Source: Armatimonadia bacterium
GTDB lineage: Bacteria > Armatimonadota > Zipacnadia > Zipacnadales > UBA11051
DNA length: 29,564 nucleotides
NCBI GenBank assembly: GCA_039683575.1
Contig: JBDKRC010000267.1
Span: 1-29,564, forward strand
Direction: 5' to 3'
Shown here: piece after piece, positions 22,020 through 29,564 of the stretch
How the letters are laid out: each line of letters starts with the position of its first letter
Position numbering within the stretch: position 1 is the first letter of the stretch
The notes under the pieces: generated by a model
Databases searched by the model: none
Told to the model about the DNA's origin: nothing
The model's input: only the letters and a program-made list of their open reading frames with translations
Made by a program: the position numbers and the translations under genes

Positions 22020-24923
22020 ATGAGACGGATGATGGTGATTGTGACATTGCTACTCGCCAGTGCGGGCGCATGGGCGCTGCCGGGCGGGCTTTTGTTTCAT
22101 GCCTCGTTTGATAAGCTGACAACGGTCGCGGACTTCTCAGCGGGTGAGGGCAAGTCTACCTTCACCGCGAGCCTCGACCTGCGCTCGGCAGAGGGCGTCA
22201 AGGGCGCGGGGCTTTTGCAGCAGCGCGGGGAGCGGTGCTCGTACCCCGTGGCGGGCAACTTCGACACCAGCAAGGGGACGTACTCGGTGTGGGTCAAGCC
22301 GCTGAGCTGGGATGGGCATGGGAAGAAGTTCCGGCACTTCCTGGCGGTAGACTGCGGGCCGGAGTACCGGATGCTGCTGTACCTGTATCCCATTGGGGAT
22401 GAGAACGTCACGAACTTCATTCAGACCAACGCCAAGACGCCGCAGGAAGCGACCTCGCGGGCGGGCGCTCCGGTGGATATCCTGCCGCGCAATGAGTGGA
22501 CGCACCTCGTCTCGACGTGGGACGCGAGCGGACTGCGGCTGTATGCGAACGGCAAGCGGGTCGGCGAGGGGTTGCTGGCGGGGACGCTGCAGAAGCTGGA
22601 CAAGGGGACGTTCACAATCTGCCCGGTGGAGTACTGGGCGCACCCGCAGTGGGGCGACCCCGAGGAGCAGACGATCTGCGACGAGGTCCGGGTATTCGAC
22701 CATGCGCTGACCGATGAGGAAGTGCTGGACCTGTACGCGCTGGATGTGCCGGGCGGGCTGGCGGACCTGAAGCCCTCGCTGGCGGTGACGCTGAAGCCGG
22801 ACTATTTCGGCAAGAAGCTGGAAGTGACGGTGAAGCCAGCGCATCTGGACAAGGCGTGGGAGGGGCGGATCAAGCAGGCGGCAGGGACGCTGACGGTGAC
22901 TGATCCGGCGGGGAAGGTGCTGCACGAGGCGAAGGGGGCGCTGCCGGGGACGGCGGTGGTTGTGCCCGTGGCGACGTGGGTGGATGGGGAGTATAAGGCG
23001 GTCGCGAGCGCGACGGCGGGTGGCGAGGCGCTGGAGGGGCAGGCGGTGGTGGTCAAGCCGCCGACGCCGTGGTTGCCCGCGCAGAAGGACTGGCGCGCGG
23101 ACCGGGTGCTGGAGCCGTGGACGGGGTTGAAGCGCGACGGCCAGACCATCAAGTACTGGAATGGAGCGGTGTCGCTGCCGGGGGCGTTGCCAGCGCAGAT
23201 CAGCGCGGCGGGGCAGGGCATGCTGGCAGGGCCGGTGCGGCTGATGGCAGAGGAAGCGGCGACCTGGAACGCGCCGAAGGTAACGGAGGATAAGGACTAC
23301 CGAGTGACGGTGAGGCGAACCGGCAAGGCAGGGGCGCTGGCGGCCAAGTATGAGACGCTGATGGAGTTCGATGGCTTGGTTCGGACCGATCTGACGCTGA
23401 CGCCGCCGGCAGGGGGAGCGGACGTGGCGGCGCTGACGCTGGAGATACCGCTGCGGGCCGAGGTCGCGAAGTACTACCGCAACCCGGTGTGCCGGGAATG
23501 GGACGGGAAGGCGCTGGAGGAGAAGGAGTTCCTGCCCTACGGGTGGCTTGGCAACGAGCAGCGGGGGCTGTCGTGGTTCATGGAGTCGGCGGCGAACTGG
23601 CGGATCGGCAAGGACCAGCCCGCGGTCACGCTGCGGCGCGAGGGGGATACGGTGGTGGTGCGGCTGCGGCTGATCAGCGAGCCGACGCGGGTGACGGCGC
23701 CGCTGACGTACACGCTGGGGCTGGAAGCGACACCGGTACGGCCGCCGAGCAACGCCATGTATGACCAGCGGTTTGCGAGCGGCCCGCAGCTCAAGGGCGC
23801 GAACCTGTTTGTGTATGGATGGAGCGAGCAGATTTCGTACCTGAACGGGCGGCTGATCGCGCACGACCCGGCGGACCAGCGGAAGCTGGTAGACAAGTGG
23901 CGGCAGATCCCGGCCGAGAGCCTGTCGTATAGCTGCACCCAGTGCACGGCGAACCTGTCGCCTGAGTACCAGTTCTTCGGCGAGGAATGGCACCAGCCCT
24001 ATGGCGGGAGCTTCTCTGGGTATAAGCGCGTTCCGGACAACGCCCCGTATAGCATCGTGCCGGTGTGCCCGCAGAGCAGCTTCCCGGACTTCCTGGTCTG
24101 GTGCGCGAAGCAGAACCTCGACAACGACTGGGGCGGGGGCATCTATACCGATATTGACGGAGCCATCCCCTGCGACAACGCGCGGCACGGGTGTGGGTAT
24201 ACGGATGTGTTTGGGAAGACGGGGAGAACGTGGCCGCTGTATGCCCACCGCAGCGTGTCGCGGCGGCTCTATGCGGCCTGTCACGACCATGGCAAGCTGT
24301 ACTTCGCCCACGCGCACAGCAACTGGTACTCGCTGTTCAACGCCTTCAACGACGGATGGTGCCCCGGCGAGCAGTATGGCGCGGTGATTACCGGCAAGCC
24401 GTACTTCTACATGGACGAGATCCCTGACCGGACCTGGCGGACCGAGTTCTACAGCCCGACGACCGGCGCCCCCTCGTTCCTGCTGCCGGAGCTGTCCCGG
24501 TTCTCAGATGATGCACTCAAGCAGGCTGGGCCGAGCGAGAGTTGCATCGTCGCCGCGATGTGCTACGGGGTGCCGCTGTGGGCGGGGAGCATCAGGCAGG
24601 AGACGGTGGCGGACGTGTGGGCGGTGCAGCAGGCCTTCGGCATGAGGAATGTGAGCTTTGTGCCCTTCTGGGAGCAGCAGGAGTTCGTGACGAGCGATCC
24701 TGAGGTGCGGGTGAGCTACTGGACCAAGCCCGGCGAGCGGCTGGTGGTGGTATCGAACTTCACGGGTCAGGAGCGGACGGTGAAGCTTACGGCGAGAGAT
24801 GCCGGGGCAACGTGGGAACCGGCGTGGAAGGGCGAAGGCGCGCAGGCTGCGGGCGCGAGCGTGACGGTGAAGGTGGGGGCGAAGAATGGGGCGCTGCTGA
24901 GGGTGAAGGGGATGCAGAGGTAG
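22020..24923 (+). CDS. Secreted LamG-like jellyroll + DUF6067-like putative glycoside hydrolase (paralogue of 5256..8147)
   Basis: GGAGG RBS before ATG 22020; signal peptide ...AWA|L; EWTHLVSTWD, DEVRVFDHALT; EFDGLV, PYGWLGNEQRGLSWFMES, LEATPVRP, GIYTD, GEQ. Confidence 0.85.
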   Translation: MRRMMVIVTLLLASAGAWALPGGLLFHASFDKLTTVADFSAGEGKSTFTASLDLRSAEGVKGAGLLQQRGERCSYPVAGNFDTSKGTYSVWVKPLSWDGHGKKFRHFLAVDCGPEYRMLLYLYPIGDENVTNFIQTNAKTPQEATSRAGAPVDILPRNEWTHLVSTWDASGLRLYANGKRVGEGLLAGTLQKLDKGTFTICPVEYWAHPQWGDPEEQTICDEVRVFDHALTDEEVLDLYALDVPGGLADLKPSLAVTLKPDYFGKKLEVTVKPAHLDKAWEGRIKQAAGTLTVTDPAGKVLHEAKGALPGTAVVVPVATWVDGEYKAVASATAGGEALEGQAVVVKPPTPWLPAQKDWRADRVLEPWTGLKRDGQTIKYWNGAVSLPGALPAQISAAGQGMLAGPVRLMAEEAATWNAPKVTEDKDYRVTVRRTGKAGALAAKYETLMEFDGLVRTDLTLTPPAGGADVAALTLEIPLRAEVAKYYRNPVCREWDGKALEEKEFLPYGWLGNEQRGLSWFMESAANWRIGKDQPAVTLRREGDTVVVRLRLISEPTRVTAPLTYTLGLEATPVRPPSNAMYDQRFASGPQLKGANLFVYGWSEQISYLNGRLIAHDPADQRKLVDKWRQIPAESLSYSCTQCTANLSPEYQFFGEEWHQPYGGSFSGYKRVPDNAPYSIVPVCPQSSFPDFLVWCAKQNLDNDWGGGIYTDIDGAIPCDNARHGCGYTDVFGKTGRTWPLYAHRSVSRRLYAACHDHGKLYFAHAHSNWYSLFNAFNDGWCPGEQYGAVITGKPYFYMDEIPDRTWRTEFYSPTTGAPSFLLPELSRFSDDALKQAGPSESCIVAAMCYGVPLWAGSIRQETVADVWAVQQAFGMRNVSFVPFWEQQEFVTSDPEVRVSYWTKPGERLVVVSNFTGQERTVKLTARDAGATWEPAWKGEGAQAAGASVTVKVGAKNGALLRVKGMQR

Positions 24924-24944
24924 GGGGAAGAGGGTAGAAGATGA

Positions 24945-24983
24945 GAAAAGGCCGAGTCTGCGTTAGGCTCGGCCCCTTGTTTT
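24945..24983. terminator. Probable bidirectional terminator between convergent genes
   Basis: GAAAA-GGCCGAGTCT-GCGTT-AGGCTCGGCC-CCTTGTTTT. Confidence 0.65.
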
Positions 24984-25016
24984 GGGATGATGATTCTTGG
25001 TCGAGGATGACGGCGT

Positions 25017-25039
25017 GCGGGCAAGGATGCCCGCGCTCC
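25017..25039. repeat. REP-like palindrome
   Basis: GCGGGCA-AGGA-TGCCCGC-GCTCC; same core as 21973. Confidence 0.55.
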
Positions 25040-25052
25040 AAACGGCCGCGAG

Positions 25053-27836
25053 TTAGCGCAGTTCGTACCAGTATGTCTCCTGCGCTGTTACGTTCAGATT
25101 GCAGACGCCGTTCCTGTTCGGCAGGGCGCGGCCTGTGTCTGCATCCACTATCTGCTTCGCTCCCGGTGGCAGACGGAAGGGGTACGCGCCGGAGCGGAGG
25201 GCGTGGAGCGAAACGAAGTTGCCGCTCATGTTGATTGACTGGCCGGCGGGGCCGCAGGTGTAGGCCTTGGCCTCGCGGGCGAGGTAGTTGAGCAGGTCGC
25301 CGGTGAGGCTATTGGCCCCGGCGAGATAGACAGACGTCCACTTCGGGAGCTTCTTCAGGGCCGCGGCGACGCGGCCATTCTCGTGATAGGTGGCCAGGGC
25401 AGTGGCAGCGGGGTCCTCGACCCAGAAGGGCTGCTCGCGGGTGGTGAACGAGCTTTGACCCTCCGGGATCATGATCATCATGAGCATCTCGTTCAGGCCG
25501 AGGACGGGCTGCACGCTAGCCTTCAGCAGCATCGGCGCCGTGACTACCGGCGTCTGCCGAGCATAGGTCTCCTCGGTCGCGACCTTCATCCCGAGCAGGT
25601 CGGACATGCCCGCCACGGACTTGCCCTGCTCACCCAGATATCCCGCATCCTGCAGCCACACGATCGTGCGATTGCCGCCGAGAAGCTTGGACTTGATCTG
25701 CGCGCGCTCCGCGTCCGTCAGGTACCGCGTCTGCATGAAGACGTAGACGCGGTACTTCTGTAGCTCCGCCCGCGCCAGGACGTCGGGCAGGTAATGCAGG
25801 TCATATGGCACGCCGCTTTGCTCGAGCGCCATGAGCTGGTAGAAGGCCGAGCTCTTCAGCGAGGCCATGGCGCTGCTGATGAACTTGTCATGTCCCGGTG
25901 TCTGGATGACGCAGACATCGGGCCGGAAGCGCGACGGCGGGCGCTGGCGTAGCTCCTGGGCCATTTTCGCCGTCTGGCCGATCTCCGCCATGATCTCCGG
26001 CGCGTCGAAGAAGTGGTTCATGTCGTAATACCAGAAGCCGTGGTCGTGAGCGAGGCTGACGCCCGCGAGCTTGCGGTTGATGGCGCGCCACTCCCGCGGG
26101 TTTAGCCCGGCGCCGATCCACATCTGATAGACTTCGTCCGCGTGCACCGAGCCAGCCCAGGAGCGGGTGTCGATCTCCTGGAAGAAGAGCTTGCCATGCA
26201 GGGCGAAGCTGTCGTAAGGATGATAGCCCAGCGCATAGCCGGCGTTGCGGAAGGGGTAGTAGCTCATGGAGGAAGCGGCGTCGAGGCTCTTGAGGTCGAA
26301 CATCGGCCAGAAGTCGTAGACGGAGGGGTTGCCGTAGGCGATGGTCACAACAGGCTTGCCTGCGGCTTCCTTGACTGCCGTAGAGAAGTAGTCCCGCAGC
26401 CGCCAGCTTTCGGCGGTGGCGAAGTCGCGGTAGTCCAGGGAGGGGCTGGTGGTGAGATAGGGCTTGGCGGCCTCCATGTTGCCTGAGGCCTCCAGCGGCG
26501 CGGGGACCTGAACCTCGTCAAAGCTCGCCGGGGCCTCGCCCCAGACGTGCTTGAGGTGCTCGATGGTGCCATACTTGTCGCGCAGCCATTGGCGGAAGAG
26601 CTTCTGCGTGGTCTCCGAGTAGTCGTACTGGCCGAGAACCTGGAACTGGCCGTCATGCCCGCCGGAGAGGTAGTAGCCAACGATGGCGCGGCCATAGGGC
26701 GTCTGGCGCAGATGCGCGATCAGGGCGGCGGCAGCACGGGCGGAGTCCTCGCGCCACTTGCGGGAGTTGTATGACGGGTACCACCAGTATTCGCAGCGGC
26801 CCGGCTTGAGGGCGCTCAGGTCGTCAGTGAAGCCCTCCAGATTGCCCCAGCTTCCATAGGCTTTGCGGCCCGTATGGTTGGTCCAGCACTCTGTCGGGTT
26901 CTCGACGCCCCACTGCGGATAGGGATAGAACCACAGGTCGAGGATGACGTTAACGCCGGGGTTGCGGAGGAGAGCCTTCTGCAGGGCGGCCTCGGCGGGT
27001 GCGAAGTTGTACTGGTCTTTGCCAATCCACACGCCCTCGTGGCCGCGGATGGATCCCAGCCGCACCGAGACGGTCGCCAGCTTCACGCCCGCCTCGCCGA
27101 AACGGCGGTAGTCACCCTCGGTGTGGTAGGGTTCCGCCTTGTAAAGCACCGGCGGTATCGACTTGCCGTCAAGCAGCAGCGTGCTGCGGCCGTCGCGGAC
27201 GGTGACCTGCGCCTGGGAATCAGGACGAGCCCGCAACAGCCCCGGCAGAGCTTCCGGGGTGGTTGAGTTCTGGAACTCGGTTGTTGGTGCAGTAATATTG
27301 AAGGGTTCGCTCGTGAACTCGAAGTCGTCGAGCCGTACCGTGCAGGGGTTGCCCCAGAGGAGGACGTTGAGGTAGACCTCCTGCGGCTGGGCGGTTTCGT
27401 AGTGGCCGACGCGCTTCTCCCATTTGCCCGCCGGGGAGTTGATGAGCAGGCTCTGGCTCATCCAACCGGCGCTGCGATCGATCGAATTGTAGCCGAGGAT
27501 AGCATCCTTTGGTGCTACGCGCAGCAGCAAGAGGTTGGCAAGTGAGGCGTCCTCGGCGTGGAAGCGAAAGCGACAGGTGTAGCGCACGTTGGGTTGCAGG
27601 GCAACGGGGGTGTGGCTGCGCAGCACCAGGTACCCCGGGGCATTGGTTTTGGTGAGCTTGAGGCTCTTCGCGCCCGAACATGCGACGGTATCGGAAGCCA
27701 TGGTGCCTTCCGCGCCGGCCATGGGGATCAGATCCCAGCCGCCGGGTTCCTCGAAGCCGGGGTTCGGGGTGAGGTTGGGCTGGGCGTAGGAGAGCGTGGA
27801 GGCGAGCAGGAGCGGTAGCAGCAGGCGCATCATCAT
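25053..27836 (-). CDS. Secreted GH42-like (clan GH-A) glycoside hydrolase with N-terminal CBM4-like domain
   Basis: Signal peptide ...SYA|Q; NLTPNPGFE...VRLDDFEF; FRQWLRDKYGTIEHLKHVWG (GH42-like), HGKLFFQEIDTR, QSGVPYDLHYLPD. The exact Met among MMM is uncertain. Confidence 0.82.
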   Translation of the reverse strand: MMMRLLLPLLLASTLSYAQPNLTPNPGFEEPGGWDLIPMAGAEGTMASDTVACSGAKSLKLTKTNAPGYLVLRSHTPVALQPNVRYTCRFRFHAEDASLANLLLLRVAPKDAILGYNSIDRSAGWMSQSLLINSPAGKWEKRVGHYETAQPQEVYLNVLLWGNPCTVRLDDFEFTSEPFNITAPTTEFQNSTTPEALPGLLRARPDSQAQVTVRDGRSTLLLDGKSIPPVLYKAEPYHTEGDYRRFGEAGVKLATVSVRLGSIRGHEGVWIGKDQYNFAPAEAALQKALLRNPGVNVILDLWFYPYPQWGVENPTECWTNHTGRKAYGSWGNLEGFTDDLSALKPGRCEYWWYPSYNSRKWREDSARAAAALIAHLRQTPYGRAIVGYYLSGGHDGQFQVLGQYDYSETTQKLFRQWLRDKYGTIEHLKHVWGEAPASFDEVQVPAPLEASGNMEAAKPYLTTSPSLDYRDFATAESWRLRDYFSTAVKEAAGKPVVTIAYGNPSVYDFWPMFDLKSLDAASSMSYYPFRNAGYALGYHPYDSFALHGKLFFQEIDTRSWAGSVHADEVYQMWIGAGLNPREWRAINRKLAGVSLAHDHGFWYYDMNHFFDAPEIMAEIGQTAKMAQELRQRPPSRFRPDVCVIQTPGHDKFISSAMASLKSSAFYQLMALEQSGVPYDLHYLPDVLARAELQKYRVYVFMQTRYLTDAERAQIKSKLLGGNRTIVWLQDAGYLGEQGKSVAGMSDLLGMKVATEETYARQTPVVTAPMLLKASVQPVLGLNEMLMMIMIPEGQSSFTTREQPFWVEDPAATALATYHENGRVAAALKKLPKWTSVYLAGANSLTGDLLNYLAREAKAYTCGPAGQSINMSGNFVSLHALRSGAYPFRLPPGAKQIVDADTGRALPNRNGVCNLNVTAQETYWYELR

Positions 27837-27876
27837 GGCGGGCGTCCTTTGTCACTGGAAGGCATGGCCGGTTAGC

Positions 27877-27910
27877 AACTCGCCTCTCCCCTGGTGGGAA
27901 GAGGCGAGTT
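27877..27910 (-). terminator. Stem-loop after the prepilin-like gene (weak terminator or stabilising hairpin)
   Basis: Minus strand AACTCGCCTCTTCCC-ACCA-GGGGAGAGGCGAGTT, a 15-bp stem with one G:U and no strong U-tract. Confidence 0.55.
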
Positions 27911-27943
27911 CTTAGCCTATTATCTCAGACTACTATACTCAGA

Positions 27944-28630
27944 CTACCACACGCTGGAAATGTTCTCCAGCGGCGGATGGAGCAATCCGTAACCGGTGTT
28001 CGGGGCGGTCCAGCCGGGGATGGCGCCTGACGGGAAGCGGGCCCACTTCGCGTGGCCGTCCATAAAGGCCATGTTTGCTCCCTCGTTGTGCGGGATGGCG
28101 CAGCAATAGTACTGGCCGGACAGAACATAGCAGTCGCCGCCGCCCGCGGCCGACTCGGTAATCATAAGGCTCTCGGCGGGCCGGGCGAGTTGGCCGAGCT
28201 TGATGACATTGCCGTTACCGAAGTAGTTGACCATGACGCCGGAGGAATTGAGCGCGTTGTCGGGCACACCATAGTTGATCCCGCAATTGTCGAACTGGTT
28301 GCTCGGGCACTTGAAGATCTGGGTGTTCTTGACGTAGGGCATGAGCCGGGTGGCCCAGCCATGGAAGTGGGTGTTCAAGGTGGTATGGTAGGCGAAGCTG
28401 CCCAATGAGGGGTCGAGGAACGAAGGGCCGCTGCGGCTGGAGAATGATTCATCATAGTCCTGGGCGTACTGCATCATGCCCAGGGCGAGCTGTTTGAGGT
28501 TGCTCAGGCATGAACTCTGACGTGCCTTCTCCCTGGCCTTGGCGAATACCGGGAACAGGATAGCCGCCAGGATGGCGATGATCGCGATCACGACCAACAG
28601 CTCAATAAGCGTAAAGCCACGACGTTGCAT
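27944..28630 (-). CDS. Prepilin-type N-terminal cleavage/methylation protein, DUF1559 / H-X9-DG family
   Basis: [65 protein letters not shown]. Confidence 0.93.
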   Translation of the reverse strand: MQRRGFTLIELLVVIAIIAILAAILFPVFAKAREKARQSSCLSNLKQLALGMMQYAQDYDESFSSRSGPSFLDPSLGSFAYHTTLNTHFHGWATRLMPYVKNTQIFKCPSNQFDNCGINYGVPDNALNSSGVMVNYFGNGNVIKLGQLARPAESLMITESAAGGGDCYVLSGQYYCCAIPHNEGANMAFMDGHAKWARFPSGAIPGWTAPNTGYGLLHPPLENISSVW

Positions 28631-28901
28631 ATGGCGCCTCCGATGGATGTGCTTCGCTGACACAGGCGGACAGGCCTGTATAGCTCCGGATCGCGCTGAA
28701 CCGCAGGATCCACGGCGATCTAGACAGCGTTCTGGTCTCAAAGTTCCCCATTTAGGCACCAATACCTTCATTTTGACACCATTCTGGTGGCTGTTGGGCA
28801 TTTGGGCAGTGACCCGCGACCAGCAAATGGAGTAATATATCCCCCGGCGGAGGCAAAGCGCGCGGGGTACAGTATGAAAGAGAACGTCTCGGAGTAGCAG
28901 C

Positions 28902-29564
28902 ATGGCATTAGCTGAAGCACATTCCAACCCCACAGCCGCGGCACCCAGCGGCTCAGGTATCACGGTTCGCGCAGTCGTCATCGGTCTGGTCTTCATCTTC
29001 CTGGTCAACCTCGCGGTCGGCAAGGTCGAGCTGATCGTCGGGCGCTACCTCGCCAGCGGCATCCCGCCCATCCCGGCGGTGCTCACGTTGGCCCTGCTGG
29101 TCCCGTTGATGGCGCTGGTTCGCAAGGTCTCGCCACGCCTGGCCCTCGGCCGTCGCGAAATCCTCACCATCTACTGCCTGATGCTGGTTTCAATCCCCTT
29201 CGCGGCCACCTATGGCATCCGCAGTTTCCTGCCCCGCCTCACGGTGATGCAGTACTACGCCACGCCGGAAAATCACTTCGGCGAGTATACGCAGCATATT
29301 CCGGAGTGGTTCGCGCCAACCAACATGCAGGCCGTGCAGGCGATGTATGAAGGCGGTGACACCCCGGGCGTGCCGTGGGGCGTCTGGGCCAAGCCGCTCG
29401 GGCTATGGCTGCTGTTTTTTGTGTTTCTGTTCATCACCACGCTGTCGCTCATGACGATCATGGCGCGGCAGTGGTCGGAGGCCGAACGCCTGCCCTACCC
29501 GCTGGTGCAGCTTCCCATGGAGATGGTGGACCCGCACCGTGGCCACGGCATGCTGGCGAACTTC
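28902..29564 (+). CDS. DUF6785-like polytopic membrane protein, truncated by the window edge
   Basis: Not in the ORF track (no stop codon in the window). [17 protein letters not shown]...ITVRAVVIG...[13 protein letters not shown]...YYATPEN...IPEWFAP...[10 protein letters not shown]...[17 protein letters not shown]. Family recognised from memory of these motifs. Confidence 0.8.
   Translation, partial: MALAEAHSNPTAAAPSGSGITVRAVVIGLVFIFLVNLAVGKVELIVGRYLASGIPPIPAVLTLALLVPLMALVRKVSPRLALGRREILTIYCLMLVSIPFAATYGIRSFLPRLTVMQYYATPENHFGEYTQHIPEWFAPTNMQAVQAMYEGGDTPGVPWGVWAKPLGLWLLFFVFLFITTLSLMTIMARQWSEAERLPYPLVQLPMEMVDPHRGHGMLANF

Noticed and set aside
27924-27947. CTCAGACTAC direct repeat at the pilin stop codon as a target-site duplication
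   Set aside because: Only 4 bp lie between the copies and there is no inserted element; likely a small local duplication.
2476-28630. Inverted prepilin genes as ends of an invertible or mobile segment
   Set aside because: The similarity is protein-level family conservation with many synonymous differences; no recombinase or att-like sites are seen.
28631-29023. Long N-terminal extension of the second prepilin-like ORF
   Set aside because: The prepilin motif must be near the N-terminus, an RBS precedes ATG 28630, and the extension overlaps the divergent membrane-protein gene.

Overview
High-GC bacterial window, probably Armatimonadota or a similar lineage. This is inferred from two prepilin-type DUF1559/H-X9-DG proteins with the '[23 protein letters not shown]' N-terminus and a DUF6785-like membrane protein. 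It holds about 16 genes, dominated by six large signal-peptide, multi-domain carbohydrate-enzyme-like proteins: two LamG+DUF6067, two GH42-like/clan GH-A with CBM4-like modules, one beta-helix+CBM9-like, and one 1469-aa CBM/heparinase-II/III-like/beta-propeller protein. An esterase, a ThuA-like protein, a Gfo/Idh/MocA oxidoreductase, a MarC-family protein and a CHAP/NlpC-like peptidase are also present. Two inward-pointing prepilin-like genes bracket the cluster, and no SusCD or ABC importer is recognisable. Most notable: (i) a secreted protein with two long amphipathic beta-hairpins (candidate pore former); (ii) a possible pilin + DUF6785 glycan-utilisation locus; (iii) a circularly permuted CBM4-like domain inserted in one hydrolase, and an E->Q change at the putative acid/base site of its paralogue; (iv) strand-polarised REP-like palindromes and heptamer repeats that follow a + strand G skew; (v) an RBS-occluding UUCG hairpin and a long structured leader. 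No rRNA, tRNA, CRISPR array or transposase was recognised. All family assignments come from motif recognition by eye, not database searches.
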